Source: a bacterium
GTDB taxonomy: Bacteria > BMS3Abin14
DNA length: 20,371 bases
Assembly: GCA_020349685.1 (NCBI GenBank)
Contig: CP070698.1
Span: 1,908,200-1,928,570, forward strand
Direction of reading: 5' to 3'
This document shows, one piece after another, positions 9,166-16,221 of the stretch; the first letter of the stretch is position 1, and each line of letters opens with the position of its first letter. The translations under genes were made by a program, and so were the position numbers. A model generated the notes under the pieces. That model was given only the letters and a program-made list of their open reading frames with translations. It was not told the origin of the DNA and made no database searches.

Positions 9166-9774
9166 CTACAGGGCTTTAACCTGCGCAGAGTCGAAACCCT
9201 TCTGCACACCGTCCTTGTTGGCAGCGACCTTGACGACGTTCTTGACGTCGAACATGTCGCAGACCTTGGAGGCAGCGCCGACCAGTGGAGCCGAGATACC
9301 GGCGCCAACGCTTGCTACCTCCACACCACCCTCGGACCCCATGAAGTCGATGGCGGCGTCGGCGGCGATGCCGCTGGCGTCCACGCAGACGATGTTGGCC
9401 AGGAGCTCTTTGTTGGGGATGAAGGCGAGGATCTCGTCAGGAGTCCTCCTGGTGTTGACAATGAGGCTTCCACCCTTCGGCATACCGCGGAGGATGTTCA
9501 TGCCCTTCACGATGGTGTCGTCCATGATGACGACGAGGTTGGGGTTGTTGTTCACGTAGACGAAGCGCATCTCGATCTCTTCGTCGCTGAGGCGGACGTA
9601 CTTGCGAAGGGGTACGCCGACGCGGTCCGGAAGGTCAGCGTAGTCGTCCCAGGCCTGGACGAACTTGCCACCGAGGTCGGCAGCGTTCGCCATCAGCAGG
9701 GACGCGTGTCGCCCTTCCATGTCCTGGAACACTCCACGTGCCCAAATTGTGACTTCATACACCTCTTGTGACAT
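9166..9774 (-). CDS. 2-oxoacid (oxalate):ferredoxin oxidoreductase, gamma subunit
   Basis: VTIWARGV (replaces the usual GRGGQG, as recalled for oxalate oxidoreductase), VQAWDDYADLPDR, P.LVVIMDDT, LIVNT, VDASGIA, GSEG loop; RBS AAGGAGG. Confidence 0.9.
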   Translation of the reverse strand: MSQEVYEVTIWARGVFQDMEGRHASLLMANAADLGGKFVQAWDDYADLPDRVGVPLRKYVRLSDEEIEMRFVYVNNNPNLVVIMDDTIVKGMNILRGMPKGGSLIVNTRRTPDEILAFIPNKELLANIVCVDASGIAADAAIDFMGSEGGVEVASVGAGISAPLVGAASKVCDMFDVKNVVKVAANKDGVQKGFDSAQVKAL

Positions 9775-9821
9775 AACGTTTTTCCTCCTTTGTTCTTGTG
9801 AAGAAACCTGGTAATGCGTCC

Positions 9822-10568
9822 TTAGGAGACCTTGTTCTGACTACCCCCCTTTCTTGTCTTATTCTGTTTTTTGTATCCTTTTACGCCCTGGAAAAGGCTC
9901 CTCTCGATATCCTCCAGGTGCTCGTGCATGACCCTGGCGGCGAGGTCCTTATCCCCGGTCTTGATGGCTTGAAGGATCTCCCTGTGGCGGACCAGGGACA
10001 TGCCCGGCCTGCCTTCGACCTGCAGGTATTTGTCGCGGCTCTCGGACAGAAGATCCATGATGTTATCGACGATACTGAGGATGACCTTGTTCCCGGCAGC
10101 CTGGGCGAGGATGTAATGAAAAGTCTTGTCAACCTCCATACCGCTCTCGCCCTTGGCCATGGCTCTCTCCTGTTCTTCGACGGCCTTTTCGAGCATATCC
10201 AGCTCTTCGGGCGTGGCCCGTTCGGCCGCCAGATAGGCCAGCTGCGGCTCTATGATCCGGCGCATCTCGAAAAGCTGCATCTGACCGTCCTTTTCCGTGA
10301 AGATGACATTGGCCAGCGGATTGACAAGGGTTTCAACGGGCTGGCGCGCGATGTACGTACCGTCGCCCTGCCGGCTTTCCAGATACCCCTGGGTCTCGAG
10401 GGAACGAAGGGCCTCACGGACCGAAGACCGGCTTACGTTGAAAACTTCTGCCAGCTCCCGCTCGGAAGGAAGCTGGTCTCCGGAATGCAGTCGGCCTTTT
10501 TCGATCATCTTTTTGACCTTGACCACGATCTCTTCATAGACCCTGGTCTTCTTGACAGGTTTGAACAC
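9822..10568 (-). CDS. GntR-family transcriptional regulator, FadR subfamily (PdhR/LldR/GlcC-like)
   Basis: wHTH GDQLPSERELAEVFNVSRSSVREAL...SRQGDGTY; FCD domain with E.R..IE, D..FH, H..I..AI, HL. GTG start. Confidence 0.95.
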   Translation of the reverse strand: MFKPVKKTRVYEEIVVKVKKMIEKGRLHSGDQLPSERELAEVFNVSRSSVREALRSLETQGYLESRQGDGTYIARQPVETLVNPLANVIFTEKDGQMQLFEMRRIIEPQLAYLAAERATPEELDMLEKAVEEQERAMAKGESGMEVDKTFHYILAQAAGNKVILSIVDNIMDLLSESRDKYLQVEGRPGMSLVRHREILQAIKTGDKDLAARVMHEHLEDIERSLFQGVKGYKKQNKTRKGGSQNKVS

Positions 10569-10605
10569 CCTGGTTCCCTTCTAACTCCCCCCGGGATTCC
10601 GGAAA

Positions 10606-12960
10606 TCAGTGCCGCACATTGGGGGGGACGTCGTTTAAAACGATATTTTTCTCGGCTGCCTCCTCAAAGTGAGCCGGTAAGATCACGCACCTGCTAAGAT
10701 CAGCATCCTTTTTGCCCGTCATGCATTCGTCCAGGGCCAGCATGACCGCTTTTTTGCACAGCGCTTCGATATCCGCTCCCGACCAGCCGTCGCTCATATC
10801 GGCCAGGTGTTGAATGTCGACCTTGCTGTCTAAGGGCATGTCTTTGAGGTAGATATCCAGGATCTCGATCCTCTCGTCCTTGGTGGGAAGAGGGAATTTG
10901 ATGATGTAGTCGAACCTTCCGGCACGCAGGAGCGCCGGCTCCATGAGGTCGATGCGGTTCGTGGCCGCCACGACCAGGACACCCAGAGACCCGTGAAGTT
11001 CGTCGAGTTCCCTAAACAGCTGGCTCACGATGCGTTGGGAGACTTCGCCCGCATCCTCAGCCGTCCGGGCCGGGGCGATGGCCTCGATCTCGTCGATGAG
11101 AAGGATGCAGGGAGAAGCCTGCTTGGCGCGCTTGAACACCTCCTTGAGCCCCTTCTCCGTCTCCCCCACCCACTTGGAGAGCAGCGTCGGCGGGTCGACG
11201 ACGATGAGGGTCATGCCGGTCTGGCCGGACAGGGCTCTGGCCAGCAGTGTCTTGCCGGTTCCGGAAGGACCGGAAAGAAGAACCCCCTTGGGAGGGCTGA
11301 GCCGCGTGTTGGCAAAAATGGGCAGGTCGCGGTTCGGGAACTGGGCGATGGAAAGCAGGTTCTTCTTGATCTCCTCGAGACCGCCCACATCGTCGAAGGT
11401 GAACTGCGCCCTCTCAATGAGAAACTCCCTGGTGGAGGTGGGCTGGACGGATTTGTAGGCCTCGAGGAAGTCTTCACCGGTGACCTTGATCACGGTGTCC
11501 TTGTCAAGGGTGGGCTTGTCGTCCAGCTGGAACCTGATGTCGGGCATGATCCTGCGGAGGGCGGCCATGCCGGCTTCCTTGCACAGCGCCGCTATGTCCG
11601 CTCCGACGTACCCATTTGTTATCGCGGCCAGTTCATCGAGGTCGACATCCTCCGCCAGCGGCATGGTCCTGGAGTGGATCTTGAGGATCTGCTTTCGCCC
11701 ATCCCTGGAGGGCGACCCGATGCTGATCTCACGATCAAAACGACCCGGTCGCCTGAGGGCCGGATCGACAAGTTCAGGCATGTTGGTGGCGCCGATAATA
11801 ACGACCTCGCCCCTCGACACAACGCCGTCCATGAGGGCAAGGAGCTGGGCCACGACACGCTTTTCCACATCCCCGATGACCTGCGCCCTCTTGGGAGCGA
11901 GGGCATCGATCTCGTCGAGGAAAATGATGGCAGGCGCGTTCTTGCGGGCCTCCTCGAATACCTGCCTGAGCTTGGCCTCGCTCTCACCGTAAAACTTGTG
12001 TATGACCTCAGGGCCGTTGACATGGATAAAATGCGCCCGGACCTCGTTGGAGATGGTGCGCGCCAGGAGAGTTTTGCCAGTTCCAGGAGGTCCGGACAGG
12101 AGAACCCCTTTGGGAGGGTCTATCCCCAGCTCTGCGAAGAGTTCCGGGAATTTCAGAGGCAGTTCTATCATCTCCCTCACGTGGCTCAGTTCGACATCCA
12201 GTCCACCTATGTCTTCATAGGAGGTGCGGGAGGATTTTTCGTGGGTGAAATCGGAAGTTCTAAAGGAGAGAGTTGTGTTGGCGTTGACCCGGACACAGCC
12301 GCGTGGACTCATCCCCTCAACAATGAAAAACTGCGGCCTGGTTCCGAAAAAGACGACCTGGACCCTGTCACCGACGACGACATGGAGCCCCGAGAGCAGA
12401 TGCCTGATGTGCGGGATCTCCTCGTCCTTGGGTATGGGCGCTCCGGCCTCGACAGGCGCCAGCAGAATGGTATCGGCACCCTTGAATGGTATCTTGGTCA
12501 CAGTGACCCATTCGTCAATGGAAACCTGGGCGTTATCACGGGTGATGCCGTCGATCTGGATGAGTTCCTGACCCGTATAGTTGGCGGTAAGCTGGGCGGC
12601 CCTTGCGACCGTGGAGCGGCGCCCTGTGATCTGAAGGACTTCGCCCGGCATGGCGCCGAGCTGCTGGAGGAGGGCGGTATCGATCCTGGCGAGGCCCTTC
12701 CCTTCATCGTCGATGAAGGCTTTCGTGACGCGAAGGGAGAATTCCTTTCCGGCCCCCCTCTTCGGTCCAATCTCTTCAGGCCTCTTCTCTTCCCTTATGG
12801 TCTGCTCCACATCGTCCTTGGGAATGAAGACCGCCTTGGAGCCGGATGCCTTCTTGGGCCCTGCTTTTTCTTTTTTGTCATCCAGTTTTTTTGATTTTCC
12901 GTCCAAGGTCGCTCCGCTTTCGTGGATGCCGGAGGAATCCACCCTTCCGTATTTCGCCAT
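10606..12960 (-). CDS. CDC48/VCP(p97)/VAT-subfamily AAA+ ATPase (N domain plus two AAA domains)
   Basis: N domain LRVTKA..D.GKGLARID. D1: YEDIGGL, GPPGTGKT, pore loop KFYG, DEIDA, ALRRPGRFDRE. D2: FDDVGGL, GPSGTGKT, KWVG, DEIEA, LLRAGRFD. Confidence 0.95.
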   Translation of the reverse strand: MAKYGRVDSSGIHESGATLDGKSKKLDDKKEKAGPKKASGSKAVFIPKDDVEQTIREEKRPEEIGPKRGAGKEFSLRVTKAFIDDEGKGLARIDTALLQQLGAMPGEVLQITGRRSTVARAAQLTANYTGQELIQIDGITRDNAQVSIDEWVTVTKIPFKGADTILLAPVEAGAPIPKDEEIPHIRHLLSGLHVVVGDRVQVVFFGTRPQFFIVEGMSPRGCVRVNANTTLSFRTSDFTHEKSSRTSYEDIGGLDVELSHVREMIELPLKFPELFAELGIDPPKGVLLSGPPGTGKTLLARTISNEVRAHFIHVNGPEVIHKFYGESEAKLRQVFEEARKNAPAIIFLDEIDALAPKRAQVIGDVEKRVVAQLLALMDGVVSRGEVVIIGATNMPELVDPALRRPGRFDREISIGSPSRDGRKQILKIHSRTMPLAEDVDLDELAAITNGYVGADIAALCKEAGMAALRRIMPDIRFQLDDKPTLDKDTVIKVTGEDFLEAYKSVQPTSTREFLIERAQFTFDDVGGLEEIKKNLLSIAQFPNRDLPIFANTRLSPPKGVLLSGPSGTGKTLLARALSGQTGMTLIVVDPPTLLSKWVGETEKGLKEVFKRAKQASPCILLIDEIEAIAPARTAEDAGEVSQRIVSQLFRELDELHGSLGVLVVAATNRIDLMEPALLRAGRFDYIIKFPLPTKDERIEILDIYLKDMPLDSKVDIQHLADMSDGWSGADIEALCKKAVMLALDECMTGKKDADLSRCVILPAHFEEAAEKNIVLNDVPPNVRH

Positions 12961-13002
12961 TGATCAATTCCCGTTTTGACCGCAACAGGATATGTGGTTT
13001 AA

Positions 13003-13060
13003 TCGTCTGACCAAAACGTTCTTACTGGTCAGACCAAATCAAGGTATGGTGGTCGGACCA
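13003..13060. promoter_or_regulatory. Three tandem FadR/LldR-type operators (TGGTCnGACCA)
   Basis: TCGTCTGACCA 13003-13013, TGGTCAGACCA 13026-13036, TGGTCGGACCA 13050-13060; start-to-start spacing 23 and 24 bp. They lie between the promoter and the cdc48 start. Confidence 0.85.
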
Positions 13061-13062
13061 CT

Positions 13063-13092
13063 AAACTACTGTAAGCACGACCTCTTTGTCAA
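13063..13092 (-). promoter_or_regulatory. Sigma70-type promoter of the cdc48-gntR-oxidoreductase operon
   Basis: Minus strand TTGACA (13092-13087), 18-nt spacer, TAGTTT (13068-13063). The predicted +1 falls within the 13050-13060 operator. Confidence 0.65.
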
Positions 13093-13166
13093 CGGAAAAT
13101 ATGGAAACGTGGACCCCCCCTCGTTTCTCTTGTGGTTTGCTTTAGGAAACCCTAAAAGCCGTAAAA

Positions 13167-13177
13167 TGGTAGGACCT
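13167..13177. promoter_or_regulatory. Distal degenerate FadR-type operator
   Basis: AAA-TGGTAGGACCT-T, matching TGGTnnnACCA at all but the last position. Confidence 0.5.
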
Positions 13178-13324
13178 TAAGGATTACGTTTTAAAGTTTA
13201 CCTCTTGAAATTCTCCTGCGCAAGCTCGACGCGAAAAACCCCCTAAATAAACGTGAATTGCCGCGCACCGCCTCCTGAAATGCGAAAATACTCCTACTTT
13301 CAGGTATGTCACACCGGGGTTTAA

Positions 13325-13341
13325 AATTGGTAGGACAAATT
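13325..13341. promoter_or_regulatory. Distal degenerate FadR-type operator
   Basis: AATTGGTAGGACAAATT, one mismatch from AATTGGTnnnACCAATT. Confidence 0.55.
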
Positions 13342-13362
13342 AGAAACTGTGAGCTGTGAAAT

Positions 13363-13391
13363 AAAAAAAGCCTGACCAGCTTTTGTCAGGC
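13363..13391 (-). terminator. Rho-independent terminator after glcF
   Basis: Minus strand GCCTGAC-AAAAGCTG-GTCAGGC followed by T7, about 50 bp downstream of the glcF stop. Confidence 0.85.
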
Positions 13392-13438
13392 AAAACCGTT
13401 TGCACCAATGTACCGCTAACCAAGGCGCCTTTGCCTCC

Positions 13439-14779
13439 CTAACCCCTCACCCCCATCCTCCCATACCGCGGTTCTCCCCCCTCCCCTTCCTCCTCAAGGG
13501 AATACCTTTCGAGCAGTTCCGCCATGTGCAGGACCTTAATATCGCCCCTGCCGTTCCTGATAAGCCCGTCGCGGATGTGCATGATGCAGGCCGGACAGGA
13601 GGTCACCACAGCATCGGCTCCTGACTCGAGAATACGGGCGATCTTCTGGTCGTTGACTTCCTTGGAGATATCATAGTGCTCCAGGCTGAAAGAACCGCCC
13701 ATTCCGCAGCAGCGCTCGTTGTCTCCCATAGGCACATATCTGACTCGCGGCAGGGATCTGATCAGCGCTATGGGTTCATCTTTGACACCCTGGAGCCTCC
13801 CGAGGTGGCAGGGGTGGTGATAGGTCACGGTCAGGATTGGAAGATCCCCGTCTTCCCGCTTCTCCGGTTCCCTGACCGCATCCACCTTTCTTATACGGTG
13901 GAGGAACTCGTTTATATCGAGGATTTTAGACAGGAAACTTTCGGTGCGCTTTTCCTCGATGCCGGCCTCGAGCAGAAGCTCCCTGTAATTTTCCTTGAGG
14001 TTCCCCCCGCAGGAGGCGCATCCTGTAACGACGGCATCGAGACCATACTTTTCAAAGGCTTCCAGGTTTTTGCAGGCGAGTTCCCTTGCAGTCTCGCTGG
14101 CACCACCAACGAGAGCCGGCATGCCGCAGCAGACCTGCTCGGAGGGAACAAAAACGGAGACTCCCTCCCTGGTGAGCAGCCCTATCATCTTCTCCCCGGT
14201 TCCTGGGTACAGGTAGTTGGTCATACACCCGGCGAAGATCCCCACGCGCGGCCCTTTTCCCGTCGCCACCTGTCCCGAAAAACGGTCGGTAAAGAAGGTT
14301 TTGGCCAGTCCCGGCAGGGTCCTGTCCGGGGTGATGAGCGGAAGAGGGACCCTTCTCCTGATGCCGCTGTCGGCAGGCACCCTCTTGAAAAGAAGATTCT
14401 GGAATGTCCTGCCGGTCCTCAAAGCGAGATCCAGAAGCCTGGAATCGCCCACAACCTGTTCGAGGATCAGTCTTTTGGCCGGTCTGATACCGACGTTCCC
14501 AGCCATTCGCTTTCTTGCGTCGAGCATGGTGGAAAGGGTCTGCACCTCGCTGGGGCAGGCCTCTTCGCAGGCCCCGCACAGCAGGCACTTCTCCAGATAC
14601 TCGCGGTAGGCGTCGGACTCGTCAAGATACCCCTGTTCGACCGCTTCTGCCAGGGCCAGCTTTCCCCTGGCAGCAGAGGCTTCTTCGGGAAGCACTGAAA
14701 AGACGGGGCATACGGTCTGGCAGGTACCGCACTTTACGCAGGCCGAGCGTCCGAATCGCTTCTGCCGGTCCTCACTCAT
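13439..14779 (-). CDS. glcF: GlcF-like Fe-S subunit of glycolate/D-lactate (2-hydroxyacid) dehydrogenase
   Basis: CVKCGTCQTVCP, ARGK, CLLCGACEEACP, and two CCG domains (FAGC...CCG...CASC; YHHPCH...CCG...CPAC). Overlaps the glcD stop by 8 bp. Confidence 0.9.
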   Translation of the reverse strand: MSEDRQKRFGRSACVKCGTCQTVCPVFSVLPEEASAARGKLALAEAVEQGYLDESDAYREYLEKCLLCGACEEACPSEVQTLSTMLDARKRMAGNVGIRPAKRLILEQVVGDSRLLDLALRTGRTFQNLLFKRVPADSGIRRRVPLPLITPDRTLPGLAKTFFTDRFSGQVATGKGPRVGIFAGCMTNYLYPGTGEKMIGLLTREGVSVFVPSEQVCCGMPALVGGASETARELACKNLEAFEKYGLDAVVTGCASCGGNLKENYRELLLEAGIEEKRTESFLSKILDINEFLHRIRKVDAVREPEKREDGDLPILTVTYHHPCHLGRLQGVKDEPIALIRSLPRVRYVPMGDNERCCGMGGSFSLEHYDISKEVNDQKIARILESGADAVVTSCPACIMHIRDGLIRNGRGDIKVLHMAELLERYSLEEEGEGGEPRYGRMGVRG

Positions 14780-16190
14780 GGCGGTGAACCAGTTCCCTTT
14801 CCAGGCTGGATGCTGCGTAATCGAAGGTCTTGTGCGGGTTCAGGATATTATTTGGATCGAGAGCCTGCTTGATCTTCCGCATCACCTCTATGGCGGAATT
14901 TTCCAGCTCTATGCCGAGGTAGGGTGCCTTGGCTATTCCGATCCCGTGTTCCCCCGACAGGGATCCTCCAAGGGATACGACCAGTTCAAAAAGCTCCCGT
15001 ACTGCCTCCTGCGCTCGAGAAACCTCGTCCTTGTCATCGGGGTCAAGGAGGAGGTTGACATGGACGTTCCCGTCACCGGCGTGACCGAAGTTGACGATCG
15101 TGAGCCTGTGCCTAGTTGCGAGCTTCTCGATTCCCGTGATGAGATCAGGGATCTTCATACGGGGGACGGACACATCCTCATTAATTTTGAGGGGCTTGAT
15201 CTTCATGATGGCCGGCGAAAGGGAGCGCCTGGCCGTCCACAGTGATGCCCGCTCATCCGCCTCCCTGGCGGACTTTACCTGGAGGGCTCCCTCCTTGTAA
15301 CAGGCCTCTTCGATCGTTCCGGCATCCTCCTCGACGACCGAGGGGCTGCCATCCACCTCCATCAGCAGAAGAGCGGCCGCCCCGGCAGGGATGTCTTCCT
15401 CCAGGTATGCCTTGACGCATTCCACCGCGTTCCGGTCCATGAACTCCAGGGTGGACGGCGTGACGCGACCAGACATGATCCTGGCGACCGCCCTGGCCGC
15501 GGACTGGATCTCGCTAAAAGAGGCCAGCATCGTACCCACCGATTCCGGAACGGGCACCAGTTTCAGTAAAAGGCGCGTGATCACGCCGAGCGTTCCCTCG
15601 GACCCGACGATGAGCCTGGTCAGGTCATATCCGGTCACGCTTTTAATGGAAGCCGAACCCGTGTGGACGATCTCCCCCGTGGGCATGACGACCTCCAGGG
15701 CCATGACGTAATCCCGGGTCACTCCGTACTTGACGGCCCTGGTTCCTCCCGCGTTCTCCGCCGCGTTGCCCCCGAGGGTGGAGAATTCCATGCTCGCCGG
15801 GTCGGGTGGAAAGAAAAGGCTGTATTTGGCCGCCGCTTTCTGAAGCTCGCCGTTGAGCACACCAGGCTCGACCCAGGCAGTCAGACTGTCGGGATCGATC
15901 TCAAGGATCCGGTTCATCCTCCTGGTCGTAAGGACCAGACCCCCGTCAATGGCGAGGGAACCTCCTGTGAGCCCCGTGCCTGCCCCTCGGGGAACGACGG
16001 GAAAAGATCTTTCGTTGGCCAGCTTCAGCAGCCGGGAAACCTCAAGGGCGGTCTGGGGATGGGCTACCATATCGGGCAGATAACGCCTGTTCATGGCATC
16101 GTAGGAATAGAGGATGAGATCCTCCCTGCTGTCGGAACAGTGCTCCCTGCCTACGATCTCACGGATCTTTTGTCGGATGCTCTTTTCCAA
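14772..16190 (-). CDS. glcD: GlcD-like FAD-linked 2-hydroxyacid (glycolate/D-lactate) dehydrogenase
   Basis: VPRGAGTGLTGG, FPPDPAS, STLGGN.A.NAGG, KYGVTRDYV, GYDLT..GSEGTLG, GHAGDGNVH, GEHGIG, LDP.NILNP. TTG start. Confidence 0.92.
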   Translation of the reverse strand: MEKSIRQKIREIVGREHCSDSREDLILYSYDAMNRRYLPDMVAHPQTALEVSRLLKLANERSFPVVPRGAGTGLTGGSLAIDGGLVLTTRRMNRILEIDPDSLTAWVEPGVLNGELQKAAAKYSLFFPPDPASMEFSTLGGNAAENAGGTRAVKYGVTRDYVMALEVVMPTGEIVHTGSASIKSVTGYDLTRLIVGSEGTLGVITRLLLKLVPVPESVGTMLASFSEIQSAARAVARIMSGRVTPSTLEFMDRNAVECVKAYLEEDIPAGAAALLLMEVDGSPSVVEEDAGTIEEACYKEGALQVKSAREADERASLWTARRSLSPAIMKIKPLKINEDVSVPRMKIPDLITGIEKLATRHRLTIVNFGHAGDGNVHVNLLLDPDDKDEVSRAQEAVRELFELVVSLGGSLSGEHGIGIAKAPYLGIELENSAIEVMRKIKQALDPNNILNPHKTFDYAASSLERELVHRHE

Positions 16191-16221
16191 TTGTGTCTTT
16201 CCGCTTTAGGGTAGCGGGCAC

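Noticed and set aside
9798-10697. 299-aa plus-strand ORF
   Set aside because: Antisense shadow of the GntR regulator.
10993-12894. 633-aa plus-strand ORF
   Set aside because: Antisense shadow of the Cdc48 ATPase; no motifs despite its length.
13003-13060. Regularly spaced repeats considered as a mini-CRISPR
   Set aside because: Units are 11-bp palindromes with 12-13 bp gaps matching a FadR operator; no cas genes in the window.
13141-13156. Palindrome TTTAGG-AAAC-CCTAAA
   Set aside because: Single short instance with no match to a motif I recognise; could be chance.
12992-13180. 62-aa plus-strand ORF in the intergenic region
   Set aside because: Runs through the operator array and promoter; no recognisable protein features; better explained as regulatory DNA.
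13676-14698. 340-aa plus-strand ORF
   Set aside because: Antisense shadow of glcF.
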